Positions 36,898 through 45,632 of a stretch of DNA of 64,000 bases are shown here, piece by piece. The stretch is from a virus (taxonomy: Duplodnaviria; Caudoviricetes), in the IMG/VR virus record IMGVR_UViG_3300037400_001273, positions 1-64,000 of that record; one strand, 5' to 3'. The stretch's first letter is position 1. Each line of letters starts with the position of its first letter. Both the position numbers and the translations under genes were made by a program. The notes beneath the pieces are model-generated. The model saw nothing but the letters and a program-made list of their open reading frames with translations, was not told the origin of the DNA and did no database searches.

Positions 36898-37877
36898 CAA
36901 TTTTGTTAATCATTAGGTTTCCCTAATGTTCAGACTATATCTTAATCTAAATATTTAAATTTATATCCTTTACAATAATTTCTTTTTCCTAATGCTACTT
37001 GTTTTGCATTTTTATAGCCAGCTTTAACACAATCTGTCATTGTATTAAAAGTTTCTAATAATATATTGTTATCATCAAATCTTCCAACTTTTTTTCCTGT
37101 ATTAGGAGCAACATATTCTCCAGATTTTCTTTTAATTTTTTTCATAAAAGGGACTTTTTCATAAGAAAATTGATGTCCATGAAATTGATGTCCTTCTTTA
37201 ATTGCTCTTGGTAAATGTCCAGGAGCAGGTCCTGTAGGATTAACATATTTAGAAGCTTGATTTACACCTTCAAATTCCATTTCGAAATTTCCATCTAAAT
37301 CATACATATAAACTTTTTTACGCATCCAAAATGGATCGTGAAATTCGCCTCCTTCGGCTAAATTATAAACATCAGGTCTTTGTAAAAAGTCTTTATTTAC
37401 TAATTCTTTTTCTAAAGAATAAGCATCTTGTGGATTATCAAATTCTTTTAAAGTAGTTCTTATAAAAGATTTAATTCCATATTTTTTAACTGCACATTGA
37501 AAAGGAGTTTTTGGATTTTTATAAGTAGATGGTCTATAAATATCTACACCACATCCTAAATACCCATCAAATTCATTTGTTAGAGTTTCATGAACTCCTA
37601 TATAAATTTTATTATTAATTTTACAAGTTGTTTGATATACAATATATTTTTTCATATAAATTTAAATTTTAGATTTATTCCATTTCGGGGTTTCATTCCC
37701 CTACGTCCATTCGGACTAGTCGTTGAACGTTCAGTGGAGCTTCTACTATAGCTTGCTTTATCCACTGCTTCGCTGCTGATTGCCATTTTAAAGGTTTCCA
37801 GCAATTAAGAATATTTATTTAATTTTTCACTTATTTAATAAGCGGAGAAGAGCAACACAAAGAAAATATAAAATTTT
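36898..37877 (-). mobile_element. Group I intron 2 of the capsid gene (980 nt)
   Basis: P1: exon GAGAAGGGU pairs intron GCUCUUCUC with terminal U-G; P10: CUUUGUG pairs exon 3 CACAAAG; core AATTGCTGGAA, AATCAGCAGC, GTTCAACGACTA, AAGATATAGTC; ends in G. Confidence 0.9.
36942..37655 (-). CDS. Intron-encoded GIY-YIG homing endonuclease with NUMOD1-like repeats
   Basis: YIVY...KIYIGVH; KKVYMYDLDGNF and KKVGRFDDNNIL repeats. Confidence 0.85.
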   Translation of the reverse strand: MKKYIVYQTTCKINNKIYIGVHETLTNEFDGYLGCGVDIYRPSTYKNPKTPFQCAVKKYGIKSFIRTTLKEFDNPQDAYSLEKELVNKDFLQRPDVYNLAEGGEFHDPFWMRKKVYMYDLDGNFEMEFEGVNQASKYVNPTGPAPGHLPRAIKEGHQFHGHQFSYEKVPFMKKIKRKSGEYVAPNTGKKVGRFDDNNILLETFNTMTDCVKAGYKNAKQVALGKRNYCKGYKFKYLD

Positions 37878-38375
37878 ACCCTTCTCAGATAGTTCTGGGA
37901 AAGCGTTAGATTGGAAACGTGTAGTAGCACCTACATAAGTACCAGAACGATCAAGTTTTCCCTTATAATCTTCGTCAATGAGACGAACAACATAGCACCA
38001 ATAGTTATCACGTGTACGTGTTGGTTCAGTTACAACGAAGAATTGTTGGAATGTTTCATCAACCTTGAAAATATCATTCTGTTCGTAGTAACGTTCTGTG
38101 AAGAACATCTGAATTTCAGATCCGCCTTCACCATCACCAATTGGTTCAGCTGCAAAAGCAACTCTCTTAATTTGATTAGCTTCGATTTCCCACTCAAAAT
38201 ACATTGAGTTAATTGACTGATGCTTATCAGCACCTTTAACGTCTTGATAGAAAATATTTTTAAGTGACTCAAGAAGGTATGTAGCTGTAAGATGTGGATA
38301 CATACGAGATACTACACCCATTCTGTGAGGATTAGTACCAAGGAAAGAATAGAAATCTTCGTAGGTACGTGTCTC
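37878..38375 (-). CDS. Major capsid protein exon 2
   Basis: ETRTYEDFYSFLG...FQSNAFPELSEKG bounded by both introns; spliced product 471 aa in frame. Confidence 0.85.
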
Positions 38376-39265
38376 CATAAATTTGTTATCATATAAGCAT
38401 TTAACTTATATTTCATATATTTTATCATCATATATGTTCAGACTATATCATCACTATTAAAATAGTGTCTTGCACTCGTGTCAAATATCAAGAACTTTAT
38501 AGGACATACTAGGAACTTTTTCTTTAATAATATTTCTAATTATATTTAAAAATTTTCTACCTTCATTCTATCCGCATCGTAACATATATTTATCGTTACT
38601 TCCATCAGCTTTAACTACATTCCAAATCATATTATAATTATCAATAAAATATTGTTTAATTAATTCATTTTCTTCTTTTGAAACATAAGTTGCTAATCTT
38701 AACATATAATGAGGTTTATCGTATCCTTTATTATATTTAGCAGTTAAACAACCGTCATCCATCCACCATAAAGCAATAGCTAACGGATCTAATAAATCTA
38801 AAACTTCTTTTGTATAAGTTTTTTTATTATTTAAATATAATAAATTTCTAATTGGAATAAAATGTTTAGATTGTTTTTTAAAACTATAAGTAATAAATTT
38901 ATCTAATTTAGATTTATCAGATATTTTATTTCTTAATAATTCTTTTACTTTAATATCAGAACCACCGCAAATAGAATGTAATAATTTAGCTTTAAAAATA
39001 CAATATTCTTTTTGTTTTTCTCCGTGTTCTATTCCAATTCTTCCTTTAGGATCAATATATCCGTCTCCTAATAATAATCCAATCAAAATGGATAAGTCTT
39101 TTTTAGTAAATTTCATAATTCACATTATTTGATATTTGTTAGTCGTTGAACCTCCCGATCATACGGTTTGGCTGCTGATTTCCTATTCTATTAATCTATT
39201 TTATTAATAGCAGCCTGACAGGATTCCAGCAATTCACAAGATTTTACATGGGCAAGACATTTTTC
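38376..39265 (-). mobile_element. Group I intron 1 of the capsid gene (890 nt)
   Basis: P1: ACAUGAGU pairs GCCCAUGU with terminal U-G (one mismatch); P10: UGUCUU pairs GAGACA; same core motifs as intron 2; ends in G. Confidence 0.88.
38481..39116 (-). CDS. Intron-encoded LAGLIDADG homing endonuclease, 211 aa
   Basis: LIGLLLGDGYI and LAIALWWMDDG; TAG 38568 reads through to TGA 38481. Confidence 0.85.
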
Positions 39266-39307
39266 ACTCATGTTCTGTTTGTTTGTTACAAATTCTGCTA
39301 TTAACAT
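39266..39307 (-). CDS. Major capsid protein exon 1 (MLIAEFVTNKQNMS)
   Basis: ATG 39307, 14 nt after the upstream stop; ends in T at the P1-defined splice site. Confidence 0.75.
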
Positions 39308-39321
39308 AATTTTAAAAAGTT

Positions 39322-40425
39322 TTAATCTAAGTCATCAATTGACTTTGGTTCAATAGTTTTCTAATTATTAGTCTGGGTAGTTTTTACTACACGAGGCTTA
39401 GCCGAAGGAGTAGATTTCCCAGATTTACCATCCTCTAATCCTTTTTTATAGCTAGTTCTAGAAACCTCTTTAATCTGTTGTGCCATATAGTCTTGTATAT
39501 CTTTTCCGAGTCTGTTTCTTTGTGTAAGGAAACAAGCTACTTCAACTAATGTCTTTGGATTACTTAGTGCTTTTTGTAAATAGTTTACACCTGCTGGATC
39601 TGAAGAAAGAATGAGATTTGCAACATCATTCATATCATCTACATCCAACTCAACATCTATTCCACCAATATTATTAACTGATTGTATCTCATTTAATATA
39701 GTTGATTGGAATTGCTGTGCACGTATTTGCTGATTTCTTTGTTCCTCTTCAGCGATAGCATTACGTTGCTGATCTTCAAGTGCTTTATACTCTTGACGTA
39801 ATCCATTTATTTTCTTAGCAAAGAAATCTGGATTCTGTTTCTCATTTTCAAGAGCAGCAAGCAGTTCTTCATCGGTAACATTGTCACCTAATTTTTGTTG
39901 AAGATCTAAAAGATATAATTCATCATCCGGAATACTATCTATTTCATACTGTGGAGTTTGCTCTCCGCCCATCTTTTGCTGAAAATCAGCAATAGCTTGT
40001 TGACGAATTGCTTCTTCGTAATCCGAAATTGACATTCCACTAGATCTAATTGCATTTATATGTTCTATTTCATCGTCGTCTAAACTACGATCAGGATCAA
40101 TATTAGAAGTGTTGAGAATGTTATACTTATCTTCTTCAGGTAGTTCTTCCCAAGAACGTTCCTCAATATCACCTGTGTCATCATCTTCAAATTTAATCTT
40201 AGAAGGGTCTTCAATTCCTTTTGTTTTAAGATAAGCGTAAATAGCATTTGTTATTTCATCGCCACCTTCTTGCCCTTCTTCTTGTCCTCCGTTATCATCA
40301 TTACCATCATTATTATCTGGTTCTGGTTCTGCTGGAGGTTCAATACCACCATTTCCATCATTTGGATCTGGTTCTGGATCATTCATTGTCCAATCATCAT
40401 CAAGTTCATCAATTCCTATTGCCAT
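39322..40425 (-). CDS. Acidic scaffold-like protein, 367 aa
   Basis: Very acidic, coiled coil, directly upstream of capsid; TAG 39361 reads through to ...SIDDLD TAA. Confidence 0.6.
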
Positions 40426-40438
40426 AATTTTTTAATTT

Positions 40439-40744
40439 TTAAAGGAAATCATTACCTAATTTTAAAATAGATTTATCATTAAAAATTAGATATAAACCAA
40501 CGTCTCCTTGTTTAGCTTTATCTTTTTCTGTTTCAGAAAAATAATAAAATCCAGGAGTTGTTTGTTTTTCTAAAAATTTTTTAAGGCTTCCTGATGATAT
40601 AACATCATCACCTGTAATCTAAATCTTTTCAAAAGTTGATAACAATTCCGGGTTTAATTTGTTATTATTCTTAATAATGGGAGTCTTTCCCCCATTAGGA
40701 TTTATAAAACCAATACCAAATCCAGGTTCCCATTTTAAACTCAT
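40439..40744 (-). CDS. Hypothetical protein, 101 aa (absent from ORF track)
   Basis: ATG overlaps the endolysin TGA; open through TAG 40619. Confidence 0.6.
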
Positions 40745-41157
40745 TTTATTGCTAAAATTTGGTTTTTATGTTTTCCATCTGGAATAGATATATGAACCCA
40801 ATTATAATTATATTCATTAATTAACTGACCAACAACGATTTCTTTATTTTCAATCATTTGTTTTGCTAAATCAAATAATTCTTTATTATCTTTAACAGAG
40901 TCAGATACAGTATGAATATCAGCAGCTTGTCCATATAAATGTTGTGAAGTTTTAGCTCCACCAACTGCTTGATTTAATTTTGGACAACGATAACCACTAT
41001 CTACAATAATTGGTTTTCCATATTTATCTCTTAAAGGTTGCAAAACATTAGCAATTAATTTTTCAAGATTAACTCTTATAGATGGAGTAGGAGTGTTATC
41101 AATTCCTCTCCTTTGTGCTGTTTTGCTTCTACATAGTTCATCTACTGTAAAGTTCAT
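40741..41157 (-). CDS. Endolysin, peptidase M15 family
   Basis: SGYRC..LN.AVGG...SQH..GQAADI and WVHIS zinc-peptidase motifs. Confidence 0.9.
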   Translation of the reverse strand: MNFTVDELCRSKTAQRRGIDNTPTPSIRVNLEKLIANVLQPLRDKYGKPIIVDSGYRCPKLNQAVGGAKTSQHLYGQAADIHTVSDSVKDNKELFDLAKQMIENKEIVVGQLINEYNYNWVHISIPDGKHKNQILAIK

Positions 41158-41573
41158 TTTTTCAATAATTTTTCAAGTTCCTGTTTATGCTCGTCAATAA
41201 AATCTATTAATTGAGTAGCACATTCTTGTTGTTTCTTTGTTTCTTCCTCACTATGAGTATTCTCCCAAATAGAACGGAGTTCAATATAAATATTAAAAGC
41301 ACCCATTGTTGCAGTGAGATAAGGATAATCTAAGTAAATAGATGCAATCACATCAATTGCAGTTAAACACATCATAGGTAAAAAATATTGTGATGCTTTC
41401 TCTGCTGTGCGTCTAAAACCACGACTTGTTGTAGCTTCTCCTCTCAAACTAGCTTTTCTAACACCAGTTATAAAGTCTAATATCATCGCAGTAAGTACTG
41501 CTATATATATTATTACAACCCAAGCGGCTTCAGTCTATAAATGTGTAAAGTCAAATGTTGCAAAAATTTCCAT
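41154..41573 (-). CDS. Holin, 139 aa
   Basis: Extended through TAG 41535 to include a first TM segment; DFITGVRKA..TSRGFRRT..K motif; adjacent to endolysin. Confidence 0.75.
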
Positions 41574-41606
41574 TTAATAGTTATTTGTGTTTCATTAGTA
41601 TTCGTA

Positions 41607-41637
41607 CAAATTTAAGTTAAATTTTATTAAAAACAAA
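41607..41637 (-). promoter_or_regulatory. Bacteroidota primary-sigma-type promoter upstream of holin
   Basis: TTTG, 19 nt, TAAATTTG. Confidence 0.55.
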
Positions 41638-41655
41638 ACAAAAATGTTAAAAATG

Positions 41656-41686
41656 AAAAAGTCGAGAGAAACTAATCTCCCGACTT
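41656..41686 (-). terminator. Intrinsic terminator
   Basis: AAGTCGGGAGA-TTAGTT-TCTCTCGACTT then T-run. Confidence 0.75.
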
Positions 41687-41690
41687 AATT

Positions 41691-42227
41691 TTATACATAA
41701 TCCATAAGATGAATAGTTGTCTTATCTCTAAGAGCTTCTGTTATAGATATTTTTTCTTTATTCTTTATTAAATTCTTATAAAAACATTTAAACAAGTTTT
41801 TCCAAGTCCAATCTTCAAAAGAATACTCTTTAATTGGAAGAGCACCTTCTCTTAAATAAATACTTGTCCAAGGTTTTTTAATAATGATTTCATCTAAGTT
41901 ATCATAATTTTTAAGACGATCAACACTATTTAAAAAATCTGTACTATCACCTCTTTCTAAAACTAATCTAAATGTAGAATTAGGATAATTTAATCCTATA
42001 TAATAACATATTTCATCTAAAGACATAAATGTTCTTTTCACATCTATTATTCCGTGACATATTTGATATCCATCTTTAATTTTTCTCACACGAATATCAA
42101 AATATCGAACTCCAAGATTATATTGTTCATCAATAGTTTTATCTTGGCATCTCCAAAAATTAGAAAATAAATTAAATATTTTCCATTTTGCAGATTTATA
42201 TGTAAAAGTATTATGAGAACCTAACAT
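41691..42227 (-). CDS. PI-PLC X-domain-like phosphodiesterase
   Basis: GSHNT, CQDKTIDEQYNLGVRYFDIRV and ICHG: both catalytic His positions present. Confidence 0.8.
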   Translation of the reverse strand: MLGSHNTFTYKSAKWKIFNLFSNFWRCQDKTIDEQYNLGVRYFDIRVRKIKDGYQICHGIIDVKRTFMSLDEICYYIGLNYPNSTFRLVLERGDSTDFLNSVDRLKNYDNLDEIIIKKPWTSIYLREGALPIKEYSFEDWTWKNLFKCFYKNLIKNKEKISITEALRDKTTIHLMDYV

Positions 42228-42493
42228 TATTTTACTAATTCGTCTTTATACCAAATTAAATTCTTACTACCTCTAACGTGAATACCTTGTGGTAATTCAC
42301 CTTTTTCAATATATCTATCAAAGATTCTTGTAGACATATTTAAATAATCAGCAGCTTCTTGTTTATTCATTTCTTCATGCGTTATATGTGATACTAAATA
42401 TTTTATTTCTGTATCATTTAAACTACATGAACCATTTTCTATTTTATCAGCTGCTTCTCTTAAATATTGTGCTACAATTGATTTTAAATCCAT
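42227..42493 (-). CDS. Small HTH (AlpA/excisionase-like) protein, 88 aa
   Basis: MNKQEAADYLNMSTRIFDRYIEKGELP; start re-called to ATG 42493. Confidence 0.7.
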   Translation of the reverse strand: MDLKSIVAQYLREAADKIENGSCSLNDTEIKYLVSHITHEEMNKQEAADYLNMSTRIFDRYIEKGELPQGIHVRGSKNLIWYKDELVK

Positions 42494-42705
42494 GATCCAA
42501 AAACAAAATAATGAGGAATCATTCCTATTAAAGTACCTATTCCATCTGCTGTTAAATCTAGCCAACACCAATGATTACTAGGATTACCTTTATCTCCATA
42601 TTCTTTTCCTAATGAAGCACCAATTGCTAAATAAGGGTGTATAATTGAAATTAATAAACAAGCAGTAAAATGCTTAATTTTGTCTTTATCAGTTAGTTTT
42701 TCCAT
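42484..42705 (-). CDS. Small membrane protein, YfiM/VanZ-like
   Basis: DKIKHF...GKEYGD...DLTAD pattern with hydrophobic segments. Confidence 0.55.
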   Translation of the reverse strand: MEKLTDKDKIKHFTACLLISIIHPYLAIGASLGKEYGDKGNPSNHWCWLDLTADGIGTLIGMIPHYFVFGSWI

Positions 42706-44254
42706 CGTTAATTAAATTATTTAGTTCAACTTCTAATTCTTTACTCCAACCTTGTACACTATTACAAACAAATTTAATATTTGGATCATTTATTGCATCT
42801 TTAAATTTATTTTTAAAAATATCATTATTCCAAATACCTAATCTTATAGAATCAACTTGTTTTATATTTTCTGTAGGGAATATATTAAAATATAAATTTT
42901 CTAATACGTAATTATTCTTTCTTAACTTAATTTTTCTTTCAAGTTCTAATAACTTATCTATATTAAAATATACAGGATAATGAGTTACGTAATTAATAGT
43001 AGGATGATCATGTTCTAATAAATATTTTTTAGTTTTCCATAAATTATTAGACCAATAATTTAAAGGTGAATTAGGATTTCCTTTTGTTTCTTTAGTTAAA
43101 TAATGTGTAGTTGTAATATCTTCTAAAGTAAAAGGTTTAATTGCATATTCATCATCTGTAATATAAATAAAATTTTGATGTGAATAATATTTATTCATTA
43201 ACATAAACATTTTATTAAATATATCCAGGTGTGGAGTATATTCTCCTTCAATATTATTTATTTTAGGAATGTATATAAATTTAACCCAAGGAAATTCATT
43301 TTTTAAATCATCTAAAAATTCTCCTACTACAATAAATTTATATTTAAAAGTACAAAATTTTTTCCAAGCATTTAAACACAATCTAATTTCATTACCTTGT
43401 GAAAGTGATTGAACATATGGTAAAATTACTAAAGTTTCTGGTCTTAATAATTTTAAATGTTCTTCTTTTTTATCTTTCATTTCTGGATTTATCCAATAAA
43501 ACATTGATAAATTATCATCGTGTCTTTCTTGTTGTCCACGTGATTCTTTTTTCCAAAGATATTCTTCTAAAGATCTTGTTATATAATGTCTAATATAAAT
43601 ATTTTTATATGTTTCATTTAAAAAATTAGTTTCATGATTTGTATTACATTTATTAGAACAAATATTAGATGGAGTATGCATATTAAATAAATATCCATCT
43701 TTATATTTATTCATGTTATAACAAGTTTTAACTTTTAATCGAGCTTCGTTTAATAATCTTCCTTTTGCTGGTTTTGTATAGGTTTCAACAACTCCTTTTT
43801 TAGAATAATCAGGTTTAAATACAAGATTATTTGCTCCATAACACTTCCAATGCATTACAAAAGCATCATAACTTTGAAATTCTACAAATATATCTTGTAA
43901 TGTTTTTCCTTCTTCTAATGTTAAAAATTCATCATTATCAATTATAAAAACCCAATCTATATATGAATGACGTTTTTTAATATGATTAATAGCAAGTTTA
44001 AGATAAAAAGTTTGGGGAGCTGAACTTTGTTTTAATCTAATTGCTTCTTGAAATTGTTTTTCGTTAAGAAAATCTTTAGCTCTAATTAGTTTTACATTAG
44101 AATATTTATCAGTAATTTCTTTATGACTCGTACTGTCAAAATCTTCTAATATAAATATATAATTAATACCTAAATTTAAATGATATTGTATCCATTCATC
44201 AAGATATTCATGTTCATTTTTAATTACTGTTAATATACAACTTTTCATAAACAT
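42689..44254 (-). CDS. Two-domain glycosyltransferase (GT2-like Glyco_tranf_2_4 plus second GT-A/Stealth-like domain)
   Basis: VIKNEHEYLDEWIQYH, IIDNDEFL, IRHYITRSLEEY; second half EIRLCLNAWKK, FIYITDDEY, NYVTHYP. Confidence 0.75.
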   Translation of the reverse strand: MFMKSCILTVIKNEHEYLDEWIQYHLNLGINYIFILEDFDSTSHKEITDKYSNVKLIRAKDFLNEKQFQEAIRLKQSSAPQTFYLKLAINHIKKRHSYIDWVFIIDNDEFLTLEEGKTLQDIFVEFQSYDAFVMHWKCYGANNLVFKPDYSKKGVVETYTKPAKGRLLNEARLKVKTCYNMNKYKDGYLFNMHTPSNICSNKCNTNHETNFLNETYKNIYIRHYITRSLEEYLWKKESRGQQERHDDNLSMFYWINPEMKDKKEEHLKLLRPETLVILPYVQSLSQGNEIRLCLNAWKKFCTFKYKFIVVGEFLDDLKNEFPWVKFIYIPKINNIEGEYTPHLDIFNKMFMLMNKYYSHQNFIYITDDEYAIKPFTLEDITTTHYLTKETKGNPNSPLNYWSNNLWKTKKYLLEHDHPTINYVTHYPVYFNIDKLLELERKIKLRKNNYVLENLYFNIFPTENIKQVDSIRLGIWNNDIFKNKFKDAINDPNIKFVCNSVQGWSKELEVELNNLINDGKTN

Positions 44255-44262
44255 ATAAAATT

Positions 44263-44293
44263 AAAAAAGTTTGCTAGAAATACTAGCAAACTT
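44263..44293 (-). terminator. Intrinsic terminator
   Basis: Perfect 11-bp stem AAGTTTGCTAG/CTAGCAAACTT then T-run. Confidence 0.8.
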
Positions 44294-44303
44294 ATCTATA
44301 TTA

Positions 44304-45113
44304 TTAGTTATTACCAGATCCAGAACCTGATCCAGAACCTGAGTCTGAATTATAATAACCATCAATTATATTAGTATAAGACTTATTAGAAAAATGTGCA
44401 GAAACATTATAACCATCAGAATCGAATGGTTCTATAGTACCAAATGTAAGCGTTGGTTCATGTGTATCATTATCCATAGTTACAGTAAATGTTCTTTCAT
44501 AAATTTCATGAAGTGTGTCATTATAACTTGTATGTCCTGATAAATCTTTTATATATATGATTTTTCCTTGATATGGAGGAGTAGGATTATCAGAATTATA
44601 ACTTGAAAAACGTGGATTAGGATTATATCCATTATAACCTTGTAAAAGATTTAATGCTATATCTTTTCCATCAAGAACATTTTTATTTCCAGTACTAGAC
44701 GTGATATTTTTATAAGCATCATCACTTATAAATGCATAATATGTAGTATTAGTTTTTTTATCATACCAATCATATGGTTGAAATCTTACAATATCACATT
44801 GTTCAGGATATCCATTATAACCCTTTTTATTATCAATAACTACCCATAATGTTTTTATCTTGTGTCCTTCTGATGATACAATATTTATATCAGTAGGATT
44901 AATCCAATGACTAAGTATTTGACGAATAGCTTCAGCTTTGTTAAGATCCTTAATATAAAAAACATCACTTACTGAAAAATTTCCGTTACTATCTTCTTCT
45001 CCTATTACAGATACATTTGGAAATCCCATTTCGGTATTATTACCAGCAATTTTAGCTTCAAGACAACTTTTAAAATCGTCTTCTGTTTCGAAAAGTTTTA
45101 AATATTTATTCAT
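44304..45113 (-). CDS. Hypothetical protein with Ser-Gly tail
   Basis: ORF track; N-terminal KYLKLFET...FPNVSVI; ends SDSGSGSGSGNN. Confidence 0.65.
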   Translation of the reverse strand: MNKYLKLFETEDDFKSCLEAKIAGNNTEMGFPNVSVIGEEDSNGNFSVSDVFYIKDLNKAEAIRQILSHWINPTDINIVSSEGHKIKTLWVVIDNKKGYNGYPEQCDIVRFQPYDWYDKKTNTTYYAFISDDAYKNITSSTGNKNVLDGKDIALNLLQGYNGYNPNPRFSSYNSDNPTPPYQGKIIYIKDLSGHTSYNDTLHEIYERTFTVTMDNDTHEPTLTFGTIEPFDSDGYNVSAHFSNKSYTNIIDGYYNSDSGSGSGSGSGNN

Positions 45114-45116
45114 ATT

Positions 45117-45488
45117 TTAACAATTTTTATTTTTAAGTTTCCAAAGTGTTAATGAAATAAGTAATATTCCCATTCCAAATAACGAACCTTCTATTAATTT
45201 TATATCTACACCTAATATATTAAATATATTATGTCTTAATGTTGCTACGCAAAATAATATAAGAAATATATAAATAATACATAATCTATGTACCCAACAT
45301 AAACCAAATACCTTTGATAAAGTTAGTCTTAAACCTAAAGCAAATTCGAATAAAGCTAAATAAATTCCAAAATAATCATATCCAAAATACATTAAACCAC
45401 AATATACAATACATATTAAAGTTAATGCAAATATTCCATATTTGTTTATGTTTTTTAATAATATTAAAGTTTTTCGTATGTCATTCAT
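45117..45488 (-). CDS. Multi-pass membrane protein
   Basis: Three to four hydrophobic segments. Confidence 0.7.
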   Translation of the reverse strand: MNDIRKTLILLKNINKYGIFALTLICIVYCGLMYFGYDYFGIYLALFEFALGLRLTLSKVFGLCWVHRLCIIYIFLILFCVATLRHNIFNILGVDIKLIEGSLFGMGILLISLTLWKLKNKNC

Positions 45489-45494
45489 ATTATC

Positions 45495-45554
45495 TTGTTA
45501 ATTAAATTAATAAAAATATAAACAAATATATAATTTATTAATTTAATTAACAAA
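45495..45554 (-). promoter_or_regulatory. Bacteroidota-type promoter nested in a perfect 20-bp inverted repeat
   Basis: TTTG, 20 nt, TATATTTG; arms 45495-45514 and 45534-45553. Confidence 0.6.
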
Positions 45555-45632
45555 AATAATATGTTAAAATTTATTAATTATTTTTATATTATTCTGTTTC
45601 AAAACTACTCCAACTTATCTGTATGTGCTTAT

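Noticed and set aside
36022-39307. Inteins in the capsid gene
   Set aside because: Inserts contain stops, have group I RNA motifs, and lack Cys/His-Asn intein ends.
42227-42571. 114-aa version of the HTH ORF
   Set aside because: Upstream part overlaps the membrane gene in another frame; ATG 42493 fits better.
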